Below are positions 40,408 to 53,597 of a stretch of DNA of 64,000 nt, piece by piece (the first letter of the stretch is position 1; the number at the start of each line of letters is the position of its first letter). Origin of the DNA: Octopus sinensis. Lineage: Eukaryota. The position numbers were made by a program, and so were the translations under genes. Under the pieces are notes generated by a model. That model was not told where the DNA came from and searched no databases. It saw only the letters and a list, made by a program, of their open reading frames with translations. The DNA is taken from NCBI RefSeq assembly GCF_006345805.1, contig NC_043005.1, positions 8,680,001 through 8,744,000 of the forward strand, in the 5' to 3' direction.

Positions 40408-41612
40408 TATTGGGTTGGTAAGAAAGTAATTTCAGTGTTTTAGTGTGAAAGAAAAGTAATATTTTTTCATACAAAAATAAACTTTAATCAGTTATATATT
40501 TTCCATTTTCTTCGATGGCTTTTTGCCATCTATCTGACATCTTCATGATTCAGCTCCCATATAACTTCTAGTTCTTATCAGCCAAAAACTGAAGTAAATA
40601 CGATGTCAAGCCATCATTAGTATTGAAAGATTTTACAAAACTCAAAGAATTTTGCAAATTTCGAAATATATGGTAATCTGATGGAGCAAGATCAGGGCTA
40701 TATGATGGATGTGACATCACTTCCCAACCAAGCTCCAGTAATTTTTCACGTTGTCATAGTGGAACACGATTCATCTGCGATTTTCCAATTCTGGCGTTTG
40801 TCTTTGATTTCCTCCTCTAGTTTCATTAGCTGTTGACAGTAAACATCTGAATTGATCGTTCCCTAGAAACAGCTCAGAATACATAGCACCATTATAACCC
40901 CGCCTAATTGACAGCGTGACCTTTTTTGATGCAATTCAGCTATCGATGTTGTTTGTGCTGGTTCATTACGCTTGGATCACATTCGTTTTCGATTGATGTT
41001 ATCGTAGACAATCTATTTTTCATCCCCAGTGGTGATTCGTTTCAAAAAAGGTCGATTTCCTTGCATTTGAGATACATATCGCAAATATAAACTCGTTGTG
41101 CTAAGTGCATCTCTTTCAATTTATTTTAGGTGGAACTCAAATACCGAGCTTCTTAACGAATCCAAGACATTTTAAGTGATTTTCAATTGTTATGTGTGAT
41201 ACATTTAACCTCTCTGCAACCTTTGCACAGTTATATGACAAATACAAATATGGCTTTGATTCAATCATCATCAGCTTCAGTACGTCGACCAGAACGTTGG
41301 TCATCTTTGAGTGAAAAGTCTCCAGAACGGAAGTTCTTAAACCATTTCGGACATGTGTGTTCTGTGAAGCTGTCAACAGCATCGTTGTTGCCTTTATTGA
41401 ATACATAAAGCAAAATATGTCGAATATGCTCCTTTGTCACTTCTTTTATAGCTTTGAAAAATACCTGTTAAAATCGACCTGCGCTCTTCAAAACTTTCAC
41501 TAAGTATAGGGTCATGGTAAAATTATTACCTGCTTCTATACTAAGTTCATGGAAGTAGTTTTTTTAGCTCATGCAATTGAAAGAACCGCATTATTTATTG
41601 GATGACTCAATA
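40408..41612 (-). mobile_element. Full-length decayed mariner transposon
   Basis: About 1.2 kb with TA flanks and imperfect TIRs (tattgggttgg / gatgactcaata). Minus-strand motifs: KWFKNFRSGDFSLKDDQRSGR, VAERLNVSHITIENHLKCLG, and HPxYSPDLAPSDYHIF. Multiple stops and frameshifts. Confidence 0.92.
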
Positions 41613-42334
41613 TATGTAATAAATAAGTGGGTTACAAGTGAGTGTGGGTGAGTTTGGAACATGTCCATTGTCAATAGAATGCTTTAAATACCATAACATA
41701 GAATTCATGTTCAACAGAATGTCTCTTGCTGAGTTGCAGAATATCTAAGACATCCCTCAACCCACCCTACACTTTCCAATCTCAAAATTTACCATTATAT
41801 AGATAAGACTCGGCTTTTATTTCAAGACTTACACAAATGAAAGTAATATTTCGTTCATGATAATCTACAGGATGCCATTTTGTAAATTTACTATTGGATT
41901 TTGTTTCACATTTGTACGTTAATGACTGTCATTCATTCCATGGAAGTGAATTGGTGAAAAGTGGATAACCCCAGATTGTATTTCCTTTCAATATTATTTT
42001 ATTAAAAGCTTCAAGACTGTCGAAGTCAGCCTTTTCTTTTATTTCTCTCTTGTCAGCGATGTATGCGCCAGATTATTTATTTATTTATTTTTCTATGAGG
42101 GAGTCCCTTCGTTGTTTGCTTTGACTTCCTAGAAATAGTACTCCAATATACTTCGAACCACACTTTAATGCATTATTAAAAGAGGAGTTCCCAGGAAAGG
42201 ATTTTTTCGTAGGGGGATGGGGGAAGAGCTGCCCCACCCTGGTATTCTGAATGGTCGCCTGGTGAAGTTTAGAATGTTCTTTGATCTTAGTTTTACTTTA
42301 TCAGAGCTGGCATGCGGATAAATCGCATTAGCAG

Positions 42335-42624
42335 CAGCACTAGCAACCACAACAACGATGACGACCACGACAACAACAACACTAACACCACTCACCACCC
42401 TACAACTACCACCAGCTACACACTAACACCCTCATCACTACCATCACCAATACCAATACCACTTCCAACACGACCACCAGCAACAAAGACAACACTTGCA
42501 ACAATAACAACAACACCAACGCAACAAATACGACGACCAACACCACCCCCATCATTAACAACAACACCATCAATACCAATACTACCACCACCACCACTAA
42601 CACCACTAAGACCACCACAATCCT

Positions 42625-42672
<48 letters not shown>

Positions 42673-42712
42673 TTACTACTACTATCATTACAACCATCAC
42701 CAACAACAACAG
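42335..42712. repeat. Low-complexity (ACC/AAC/ACT)n tract
   Basis: Directly visible. It explains the Thr/Pro-rich ORF. Confidence 0.9.
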
Positions 42713-43725
42713 TAGCCGTTCAAGAATTTGGACCTGGAGATCTCCATTTCCAGCGACTTCGAGGGCCACCTCCCAGTGGTTTCGGGCGTCAATGAAGAGC
42801 CGTCGACTTACAAGAAGGCTAAAGTTTTATTTCCAAGGTCTGGGATCTCCCGCCCCTAAGCCCTAGACCATCACCTAATCACCCTTACCCGTCTTGTTGC
42901 GTTACAACAACAACAACAACAAGCAACAAGAGCAACAAAGATGAGAAGACTAAAAGTTATATGATTTAGTATTTCAGTGTGCGCCTCTCCTGATAACAGT
43001 TAGTGATGACACATCCCCATCTTATATTCTTTGTTTAGGTATTTACTTCACCAAATAATATATTTTTTCTCGCTGGTAGTAAGATATGTCTTGGTACAGT
43101 TAGTAATATATATTTAGTATTTAAAATTTCTAGTTACATATAAGTGATGCTATGTGATGCATCCTTAGCGATGTTTCCATGTCATTGAGCAATAGATCAT
43201 CTCGCCCATTTAACTCGACCGGGGTTGATCTATTCCCGCCTTGCATTATGGCCATGATTATTACCGTGGTTGCGATAATGAGGGACACTGTTGGAGCAAG
43301 CAAGCGCTTAGTGTTTTCAAAGGTGTGACTTGAGCAATTCACTTAGGCCAGTAGAGAGAGCGAGAGAGCCGAAGCTGTCAAATTTGATAGATGGGTTAGT
43401 AATTCCTAAGTTATTTAGGTATTGTGTGAGAGGCTGAATGAACCGATTGCTGCTTTGTCATGCTCAGAATAATAAACACATCCTACACGTGAATGAATTA
43501 TATTGGAGTAAAATAATCACATAGTTGACTCACTGGGAACTGCTACTTATGGGGAGAGTGAGAGTGCGCGCGGGTTACTTAAGGGGAGACAATCGTTTCT
43601 AGGTATATTTTCCTTATGTTGAGAAATCATTATCAGAGAGTTGAACTTTACCACATTTACGTAGAAACTTTGTTAGGAAGCATCTATTGTAAAGGAAGAT
43701 ATGTGTGGGTATATATACATAGGTG

Positions 43726-43782
<57 letters not shown>

Positions 43783-43815
43783 AAATAAAATATATATATA
43801 TATAATTATAAATAA

Positions 43816-43874
<59 letters not shown>

Positions 43875-43888
43875 GAATTTATATAAAA

Positions 43889-44613
43889 TAACGGGCCATG
43901 CAGAGAATGCTACAGTTATCCTTGCCGATAATAATAGCCAAAACTGATCAGTACATGGGTAATTATTTTATTTCGTATATTTTCACTTGTTTATTGTTTT
44001 GGTTTTGTGCTGAGTTTGATTTGAGAACATAATCTTTTGAGGAGAATGGCGATTTGACGTCTATATCTAGCATGTTGACTGTCCACTTTTCGTGTTCAGT
44101 CCTTAATTGGTATATATAAATATTTTAATCTTCGGATTCTTTTTTAATATGCTAGACCACTGGTTTAAATTGATAAATATCAATTTCTACCCTTAACTAA
44201 TTTTATATAAATAAATATGTTCTCTAACCGATAAATTGACTGCTGCTAATTATTAGCTGCAGTGTGGTTTTTTCGGGTCTCAACGCGCCAATGTAAAGGC
44301 ATTTGAAAGATACATTCGAATGTAATAGGTTGAACTCCATGCACGCGATACTCCGGTATCGTTTTTGCATCTAGTCGAGCAAATTGCATTTATAACGGGC
44401 CATGCTGATGAATGCTACAGTTATCCTTGCGGATAATAATAGCCGAAACTGATCAGTACATGGGTAATTATTTTATTTCGTATATTTTCACTTGTTTATT
44501 GCTTTGGTTTTGTGCTGTGTTTGATTTGAGAACATAATATTTTGTGGAGAATGGCGATTTGACGTCTATATCTAGCATGTTGACTGTCCACCTTTCGTGT
44601 TCAGTCCTTAATT

Positions 44614-44620
<7 letters not shown>
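43889..44620 (+). repeat. Direct repeat pair of about 230 bp (43889-44118 and 44394-44620)
   Basis: taacgggccatgc...cagtccttaattggtatata occurs twice, about 95% identical by eye. Confidence 0.93.
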
Positions 44621-44665
<45 letters not shown>

Positions 44666-45593
44666 TGATAAAATACAAAATGGGACAAGAACGCAAAACA
44701 TCCGGACAACTAGGTGATAGAAAATGGGACAACAGACCATCCAGATAGACGATACCAAAAAACAAGGACGAGTCATTCGAAGCCTTTTATCTTCAGTCAA
44801 GAACCGGATCATCCTCGCAATTTCGGCTGATTAATCTTGAGATTGCTCAATCTGGCCAGCCCCAAAGAAAAACTAAGCTAAGAGCATTAGATTCCTTGGA
44901 AAGAAGCATCGAATGTATACGAAAACAAGGACGGAAAAACAGACGATGTTATACATGTGTATGTGTGTATGTGTATGGGTGTATGTGTATGTATGTATGT
45001 GTATTTGCGTATATGTATGTCTGTGTGTCTGTACATACATAGTTTATTTAAGCTGATCCAGTGACTTTGTTACTCTGGAGTTCCATAGGTATGCAGCTGC
45101 ATCTTCAGACATGTCTGAGTGGGCGAAAAGTCACATTACACCGAAAATGGAAGCAGTGCCGAAGGGGAAAAAGTTCCTATTGAGAATGCAAAGTAGCAAC
45201 AGTGAACGTAGTAGTTGTTCAATTGATGAAAATTGTAGTGCTGATAGTAGGCCATAATAAAAGCAGTAATAGCAACAAGCAACAAGCAACGAGATCCTTT
45301 TGTTATCCAGAAAATTGCCTTGAGCTTAGCCTCCGTATATCGGTAGATAACAACAACAAAATTCACTTCACCCGTCAAAATCAAGATCAAGATACCCGAT
45401 ACAATATCACTTGTTATTGCTGATATCTAATATTGTAGATGACAGCATTAACAACATCTATGACAGTAATAATAAATACAGAGACAAAAGCTCACAAGAA
45501 TTATTAAATAAAAATCCGTACGCTGCTATCATACAGCACACATTGCTGTCGTTGGTGTAATTATTGTTTGTTGAAATATTTACTTTGCTCTAA

Positions 45594-45967
45594 GTGGAGG
45601 CGCAATGGCCCAGTGGTTATGGCAGCGGACTCGCGGTCATAGGATCGCGGTTTCGATTCCCAGACCGGGCGTTGTGAGTGTTTATTGAGCGAAAACACCT
45701 AAAGCTCCACGAAGCTCCGGCAGGGGATGGTGGTGATCCCTGCTGTACTCTTTCTCTCACTCTTACTTCCTGTTTCTGTTGTACCTGTATTTCAAAGGGC
45801 CGGCCTTGTCACTCTCTGTGTCACTCTGAATATCCCCGAGAACTACGTTAAGGGTGCACGTGTCTGTGGAGTGTTCAGCCACTTACACGTTAATTTCACG
45901 AGCAGGCTGTTCCGTTGATTTGGACCAACCGGAACCCTCGTCGTCGTAACCGACGGAGTGCTTCCAC
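45594..45967 (+). mobile_element. Intact SINE with a distinct tRNA head and D-type tail, with 12-bp TSD
   Basis: TSD actttgctctaa at 45582-45593 and 45968-45979. A box tggcccagtgg and B box ggtttcgattcc. Confidence 0.92.
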
Positions 45968-46625
45968 ACTTTGCTCTAAACCGGCGAGATGGCAGAATCC
46001 GCTACCACGGTAGACAAGATGTTTAGTTGCACTTCTTACGGCGCTTTACGTTCTGAATTCATTTTCCCCACCAGAAATTAGTAACCAGTTGAGCATTGAG
46101 GTGAATCTCATCAACTTTTATAGTTTTTTAACGGGGATATTTTTCATTGTGACCTCGGAGTTTCGGCCAAACTGTTGGAAAAATAACTTGGACATCATTT
46201 TCTTTACATAACAGTTTTGCACATAGCTTTCTACTGGATATTTTATTACTACTTATACACACTCTTATATCATAGAAAAATTGCCAAACCATTTGGCAAA
46301 GAGAAATACTTCTTTAGTATTCTGTGAATTTCTTAATTAGATTAATTAATTTCTTAATTTCATGTTTAGCATATTTCAGCTATCAATTTTAATTTATTTT
46401 ATTTCTGCGCCGTCTTTATCTATACATATTTTATTGTATTAATGTTTAATTTTATTTTACCGTATATCATTTACCTAATAATTTATTTATTCATAGAATA
46501 ATTTATGCACAATTCAGTTATATTTTACGCCATAATGTCAATCCTATATTTATCTTCATTATCATATTATATATCTTTACACGATGCGTGTCTGTGTACG
46601 TGAACACATAAGTATAAAATAAAAT

Positions 46626-46874
46626 AAAAATGCGCCTTTTTAAAGCCTAGCCAGGTTCATGGGCCAGGTTTCCCAGTTTCTATGGCGTATGTGTTCCCCA
46701 GCTGGACGGGACGCCAGTCCATCGCAGCCTTACTCATTTTTGCGAGCTGAGTGGACTGGAGCTACGTGAAATGAAGTGTTTTGCTCAAGAACACAACGTG
46801 TCGCCCGGTCCAGGAATCGAAGCCACAATCTTACGATCATGATGCTGACACCCTAACTACTAAGCCACGTGCCT
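46626..46874 (-). mobile_element. SINE with D-type head/core and V-domain-like tail
   Basis: Head and core as in 47324, then gcgatggactggcgtcccgtccag, which resembles the V-SINE central domain. Confidence 0.8.
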
Positions 46875-46956
46875 ACAGGCATTTAAGTATACGCATAAAT
46901 AGTTTACATGCATACTATGTGTGTATAGATATGTATTTTTATATATGGAAATATGA

Positions 46957-47000
<44 letters not shown>

Positions 47001-47323
47001 GCAAATCTAGATAAATATTTATGGGTAGTTGTACGGTTACTCATAAATATCTGATCACATGTGCATATGCGCATATGCAAGTCTACGTAGCAGTTTATGA
47101 GAGATAATTTATGTATGTTTATATGCATGCATGTAAGGGAACATACATGTATATACGTATGTATACATCTATATGTTTCTATATGTTGATGCACGTATAT
47201 AAGTGTGTGTATGTGTGGTTGCAATTGTGTATATACATACAGGCATACATACATACATACGTGCATACCTACCTACATACATATATGCATAGATGTATAC
47301 ATACATACATAAATACATATATA

Positions 47324-47645
47324 GGAGCACTCCGTCGGTAACGATGACGAGGGTCCCAGCTGATACGATCAACGGATGAGCCTGCTCATGAAATTAACGT
47401 GCAAGTGACTGAGCAATCCACAGACACGCGTACCCCTAACGTAGTTCTAGGGAGATTCAGCGTAACACAGAGTGTGACAAGGCCGGCCCTTTGAAATACA
47501 GGTACAACGCATTTTTGCTGGCTGAGTGCACTGGAGCAACGTGAAATAAAATGTCTTGCTCAAGGACACAATGCGTCGCCGGGAATCGAACTCACGACCT
47601 TACAATCGTGAGCCGAATGCCCTAGCCACTAAGCCACGCCTTCAC
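47324..47645 (-). mobile_element. SINE type D, full length
   Basis: Reverse complement runs from gtgaaggcgtggcttagtgg to ttaccgacggagtgctcc. Confidence 0.9.
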
Positions 47646-48169
47646 ATATATACATACATATATACATACATATATACATACATAAATACACACTCACACA
47701 CACACGCGCACATATATGCATATAAGATATGATATAATTAATGGTCATTATATATTTTTCCTTTATTGGAATGAATTTGTTTCACATCTGTTTTTAATAG
47801 TCAATATTGGTTCGTTACTGATAGGTTTACTTAATTAGTCGAGTGATCAGCTTAGAAGAGTTGAACGACCGAAAAAAATTAACGCTACTTTCATCCGAGA
47901 CATTACTTACGACCAAAGTGTTATTCCTGGCTGTCAGAAATGGCTCTGATGAAAGAAGCGTTAATTCTTGAGGTTATTCAACTTTTTGCAACTATTCAGG
48001 TGACCAACTAAGTTGACCTATGAGTAACTAACCTATGATGACTATTGAAAACAGATTAAGCCAAATTTACTCTAATACACCGAAATATATAAGGACCATT
48101 ATTTATAGCTTGTCTTGTATATTACTCAGTGAAAAAAACATTATTATTATTACTATTATTATTATTATT

Positions 48170-48665
48170 AAGTGAGAGAGCAGTGCATGCCATCAAAGTG
48201 ACACTGGGGTAAAATATACGAAACCCAGTGTACCCATCATGACTACCCGTCTGATAAGGGTACACTAGGCACATGCATCACAACCATATGTGCGCGACAT
48301 GGTAATTTCATATCAAGATAAACAGCACATAACCTTGCAGGTGGGGCCCAGTTAGAATTTTCTTCTGGTCGAGTAGCCCATCCCACTCAAAAGGTCCCTG
48401 ATTAAGGGTTGTTTAAGGATGTTGAATGAAACACCCATGTTTCCAGAGGTGAATCATTCAAACCCCAAAGAATCCCCGTCAACACATGGCTATGATGCTC
48501 CCCCACTACTTCTACTCGTGATCAGAGATGCACATATCGTCAGCCTCTAAGGAACATGCTTAACTGGTTAAGGTCAAACAACTGACAAACGAGTCTGTGG
48601 TATTGAGCAGAATATTTGCTGTAGCCCATCTTTTATACCAAGACAAAACAATGTACTTGATAACA
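48170..48665 (-). mobile_element. Dispersed element F, copy 2, with (TAA)n at its 3' end
   Basis: Matches 20870-21399. It is flanked by (TTA)n on the left and (ATC)n(ATT)n on the right. Confidence 0.85.
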
Positions 48666-48777
48666 TTTTATCATCATCATCATCATCATCATCATCATTA
48701 TTATTATTATTATTATTATTATATTATTATTATTATTATTATCATTATTGTTGTTGTTGTTGTTGTTGTTGTTATTG

Positions 48778-49020
48778 TTCAGGTCACTGCTTTGAATCGA
48801 ACTCGGAATCTTGGGGTTAGTAGCCCGCATTCTTAACCACTACGCCATATGCCCACGGGCATATGGCGTAGTGGTTAATTTCGAACCCAGGTTCGAAATT
48901 TCCCCAAGTTACCTGAAGAGCGCTGAAGTTTATATCAGCCGAAACGATGTGTTAACAACAAACAAGATGAGGACAAATATCCGTCGAATGTAAATAATGT
49001 ACATAATTCCTCATCTTTTA
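48778..49020. mobile_element. tRNA-like SINE head with inverted duplication, followed by a Penelope-like terminal segment containing a hammerhead-like motif
   Basis: Perfect 22-bp inverted repeat at 48833-48878. CTGAAGA at 48913-48919, then a stem, then GAAAC at 48941-48945. Confidence 0.6.
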
Positions 49021-49098
49021 AGTATACAACTGTACGAATAAATATTGTTCACCTGGTGTATTTTGCCCGGATTGACAATCCCTCTCTAATAACTCTGT

Positions 49099-49173
<75 letters not shown>

Positions 49174-49240
49174 TGATAAAATGGTAAGATAACAAAAGAA
49201 TGAAAGCGACCTCGATATTATGTAAATAGAGGAAATCATC

Positions 49241-49642
49241 TGTAAATGTAATATGTGACAATTATTCGGTAGCCATGATAAAACTCCGAGTTTCGGATGC
49301 CGAGGTAGAAATTCACGCCGCCATCTCTTTAGTTATCCGGCTACCGGAAAAATAATATGAAATATGACCGTTATACAAAGGAAAATTCCTGTGTGATTGA
49401 TTGCTATTAAGACAAAAGCGCTATTTGAATGACCGCTCACTTAGTGGTCATTCAAATAGCTCTTTTGCCTTAACAAAGGCCAATCAAACAGTAATTTCCC
49501 TTTGTATAACGGTCGTTTTACATAGTATTTTTTCCAATGGCCGGATAACTGAAGAGATGGCGGCGTGGATTTCCACCTCGGCGTCCAAAAACCTCTGAGT
49601 TTTATCATGGCTACAGAATAATTGTCACATATTACATTTACA
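49241..49642. repeat. Diverged palindrome of about 400 bp (MITE-like foldback)
   Basis: Arms of about 197 bp, about 85% identical by eye, with a spacer of about 5 nt at 49438-49442. Confidence 0.92.
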
Positions 49643-49898
49643 TATATATATATATATATATATATGTGTGGGTGTGTGTGTGTATACACACGCATATATA
49701 TGCATGTGTGTGTGTGCGCGCGGTTATGTGCAGTGAACCGGCGAACATGCAAGTCTCCTATATTGAATAGGTGGTGCCGGTAGCGTTTACAACACTACCG
49801 CTGCTTTTAGTTTATAACTGAATTTAATCTTACGCATGCATCGTCGTAGTATACCAGCAAGTAGGTTTTACACACTTTATGTACTATGGTAGACTGGT

Positions 49899-49957
<59 letters not shown>

Positions 49958-50612
49958 CGTGTGTGTGAGTGTGTATGTGTATGTGTGCGTGTGTTCATTT
50001 ATGAATATATATGAATACACATATGTAATAATTTGTAAATATGAAGGAAACCGAAAAACATTGATAGCAGCGATACACCTAAACGCACAAATATTTCGAT
50101 ATATATTTATAAATATCAAAACTGCAACCTATTAAGATACCGAAGCTCTCTTTTAATAACGTGATTACTATTTCCGGAGGAATTGGACGAAAACCGATGT
50201 TGTTCTGATTCTCGATAATTGATTCACAGAAAAGTGAATGTCAACCAACTCACTGATGCTAAAAGCTATTACAAGAATCCGGACTTAATGAGACGTAGAT
50301 TGAAAACGTTGCCAGAATGAAACCTCTAGTTTTAAAAATACGTGAGCGTGAAATCTATTTACAGAGATCTAAACATACTCTGTTCAGTAATGTAACAACT
50401 AACAATTATTAATTGGTACCAGTCCGAGTAGTGAAATCAATATGAATGATATAATAATAATAATAATATTAAAACTTATATTTTTCTTTGCCACAAGGGT
50501 GACAGATGTGCGAATATCGAAATCATTGAATCCCGGTGTTACGTGTACATCGCACCACTCGAAACTTTTGGGGAATAGCTAAAAAGCCTGACTATATCTA
50601 TTCATGATCGGA

Positions 50613-51308
50613 TCACCTCTGCCCTCTGTTCTCTGTTAGAATCAGTGTCGTGTCTGCGGCGAAACGACTCTTCTTTGTCACATAATTCCATCGATCAACT
50701 TCAGTACCGTCATACCTTAGTGCATGTGCCTTAGTACAGAAAATACAGGCCTCATGTTTCGCCTCGAAGTTACCATCGAGTGTGATTCTTGCAGTAATCA
50801 TTTCATGCTCCAAGTCTTTCCTGGAAAACAGTTTATGATTAACTGTTATATTCTTCTTCAGTGTAAGTCTTTTAAGAATACTAAAAATGTCCACAGATTT
50901 ACATTTTGAATCACATCGACCATCTACTTTTTCTGATTGTTCTCATCAATCCATAATTTTATAACTGGCTAATCAATGCGTTTATTCGCAATCTCTTTGT
51001 CTCCTGTCACTGTTAGTCATGTAATCCATAGCTTGTAGTCTGGGAAACCAATTACATAATAACAGGGTCAGCTTAGGCTTTGCCTGTTTACTGCTTTAAT
51101 ATATACTGTTGGTACTATCTGAATGATCCACAGTGTCCCTCACTGACTCCTTATTAGATGAGAAAGCGGTTCTAATACTCAGTGCTCTACCTACGTGGTC
51201 ACGAGTGCTATTGATGTGATACTTTGGTTTTTCTTTGGTCGTCCTTGGAAAAGATTCTGATGGCACTACAGTAGCAACTACCATTTCTTGCATCTCCAAG
51301 GTGTACAA
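50613..51308 (-). mobile_element. Possible BEL/Pao LTR-retrotransposon gag relic
   Basis: Two track ORFs share one frame. ACIFCTKAHALRYDGTEVDRWNYVTKKSRF resembles the BEL gag knuckle CxFCxxxHxLxxC...ERWxxVxxxxLCF. Confidence 0.4.
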
Positions 51309-53597
51309 ATAAAAGAATAAGCTGTTCCAATTGCATTTGTTGTCTGGTAATCTTCACAATATTTTCTGAGCAGAAAGTACCAATGCTTAATGCTCCTACT
51401 TCGCAATTTACTTACGTTGAGTCACTGCATAGAATTATAAGCATCGTACGGTGACTGAAATAGTACAAGAGAATGACTCTCTTTCATCAGTTCGCAGTGC
51501 CCGCTGCCTAGTGTCTGTGACTGAAGAGGAGACAACTACTCTGAAATGTTGCATCTCACAATCTGGAGAGGGGGCGCTACGGACTGATCTATGTTTATTT
51601 GCACTATTGTCAAAACTGAGAAATTTTCTCTACGACAAAACACAGTGAGTGGTGTGTTTATTAGTCCAACATTACAGAAAGAATGTTTCAGATACACAGT
51701 GCACCCATCAGGTTGAAGACCATGTTGATATTTATACATGTGGTAGTTATGTCATGGATAATATTGTGGCAGTCCGGCAAAACCTTCACAACCCATGAAT
51801 ATTGCTTATCAAATCTTGTTTTCCGTTCCACTAGTTTCTGTGACGTGCAAAGCGAAGACGAGCAAATTTTACTATTTTAAAGTACAACAGTAACCGTTTT
51901 TCTATAAATACAATTAGTAAAGTGCAATTGGCAACTCATTAGCATTACTGCTACTTTATTCGGTAATCGTTAATTTGCTTGTTTGGAATAATTGGAAGCG
52001 GGTGCTGTTTATATTATAAGGTTAAAATTGTTTCTCTAGCGTTATGGTGCGCTATCTTGTTAAGGCGGCAAAATTGACAAGTCTGTACCTGTGAAAGTTG
52101 ATGCAATTCAACGTCCAACTGGAAATAGAAAGGAAGCGCGACTTAATTTAACTGAAGTCACAAACTAATGTCTGGGTCACCGATGAAATTCAAGCCGTGA
52201 TAATTCAAATATTCGTCGATAGTAGGCTGATACTATAGTGGGAAGTTACTCGAATCAAATTAGCACTTGGAAGTTAATTACTCTTAAGTGATATTTTGTG
52301 GAAGCATAATATAGAGTGCGGGCATGTATTTGTGGAATTACCGCTAGGAGGCACTGAAAAGTGTTAGAAAAAACAAAAGGATGTGATGATTAAAGAAATG
52401 TTTAAGAAGCGCTAGACAAAGTCTCGGGAGTGGCGAATAGAATGTGTAGTGGTATTTGCCCCGATTTTCTGCGCACTGGTGGTTAAAAACTTGTGGGAGC
52501 CAACACTGCTATCGGGCCGAGAAAATACAATCCAAGTATAGAGATCGATTTGATTTCTCCTTCTATCTGCGCTGGAAGGAAACCGAGAAATGCGGAGAAG
52601 TTCCATCGGAGTTTATCACACATTCTTTCCCCACCATTGTGTGTGTGGATGCGACAGAAAAGAAACGCGGTATGTTGATGCTTTGGTGTGAGATGATTTG
52701 ATTATCATGTGAATTTATGATGTGTTGCTATCATCATTTTATATCATAATTTGCGTTTACTTGCTGAGTAAGGACGAAGAATCATTGTCCATCTACGTAC
52801 TTTGCCGGTCCTCTGAAAACGGCAAACTGTTGCAGATAAACAACTGTATGGAAGATACGAGCAGTGGTGAAATGCGAGCTGTTGGGATGTTTTGGGAAGA
52901 AAGACATGAGGATAATGGTGAAGAGGTTGATCATACCGAGAGTGGCAAGAAGTGAAAAGATCTGTCGTTCGTAGATGCCTGAATACTGGAGATACGAGAC
53001 CAACGCACCGAGAACTATACTGTGCGATTAAGAAGTTTGGATTGATTTTAAAATCAATTGATAGGAAAATCGCGTGATGGGGCTGAGATATGTGTTCGTA
53101 TATTAATGTTCTGCAGGCTGCTATTTTGTTTTTAATGCCTTGCATTTCAAATTGAATAGCCAGCTGCCCCTACTGTAATTCGTGTGTTGGTTTTACACTT
53201 TTATATGTAATAAGAAGGTGCAAACTTAGTTTAGTCAGACCATTTTCAGTGGGTGAAATCTAGAGTCAAGTGTTGATTTACAAAATAGAGTCCTGTGTAA
53301 TGTAGTTTCATATATAGTAAAAGTCATCTCTCGGGTCTTGAGTGGTGTTGTAACTGATTAGTACTCGGGTTGATCTATGATAAATCAGTTGCCATACCTC
53401 CTAAGTGTGAACGTAGTAGTATTTTTTCCATGAAAAGCGTACACAGTTTCACATTATCCAATTTGTCCCGTTCTCAGAAGTTTCGCTTTGGTTGCAGCAG
53501 ATCGACGCAGAGATACCCTGGTTGTTTTGTAAAGTGTTGAGTTGTTTTTGTGCGGTGGTTCCTGCCGATCATATTGCTATGTATTTTATGTAATACG

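Noticed and set aside
44770-44870. CTGAAGA and GAAA words on the minus strand
   Set aside because: The order and helix pairing do not give a hammerhead fold.
45594-45670. tRNA-like sequences with A and B boxes (here and at other SINE heads)
   Set aside because: They continue into SINE bodies, one has a TSD, and none forms a clean cloverleaf, so they are not tRNA genes.
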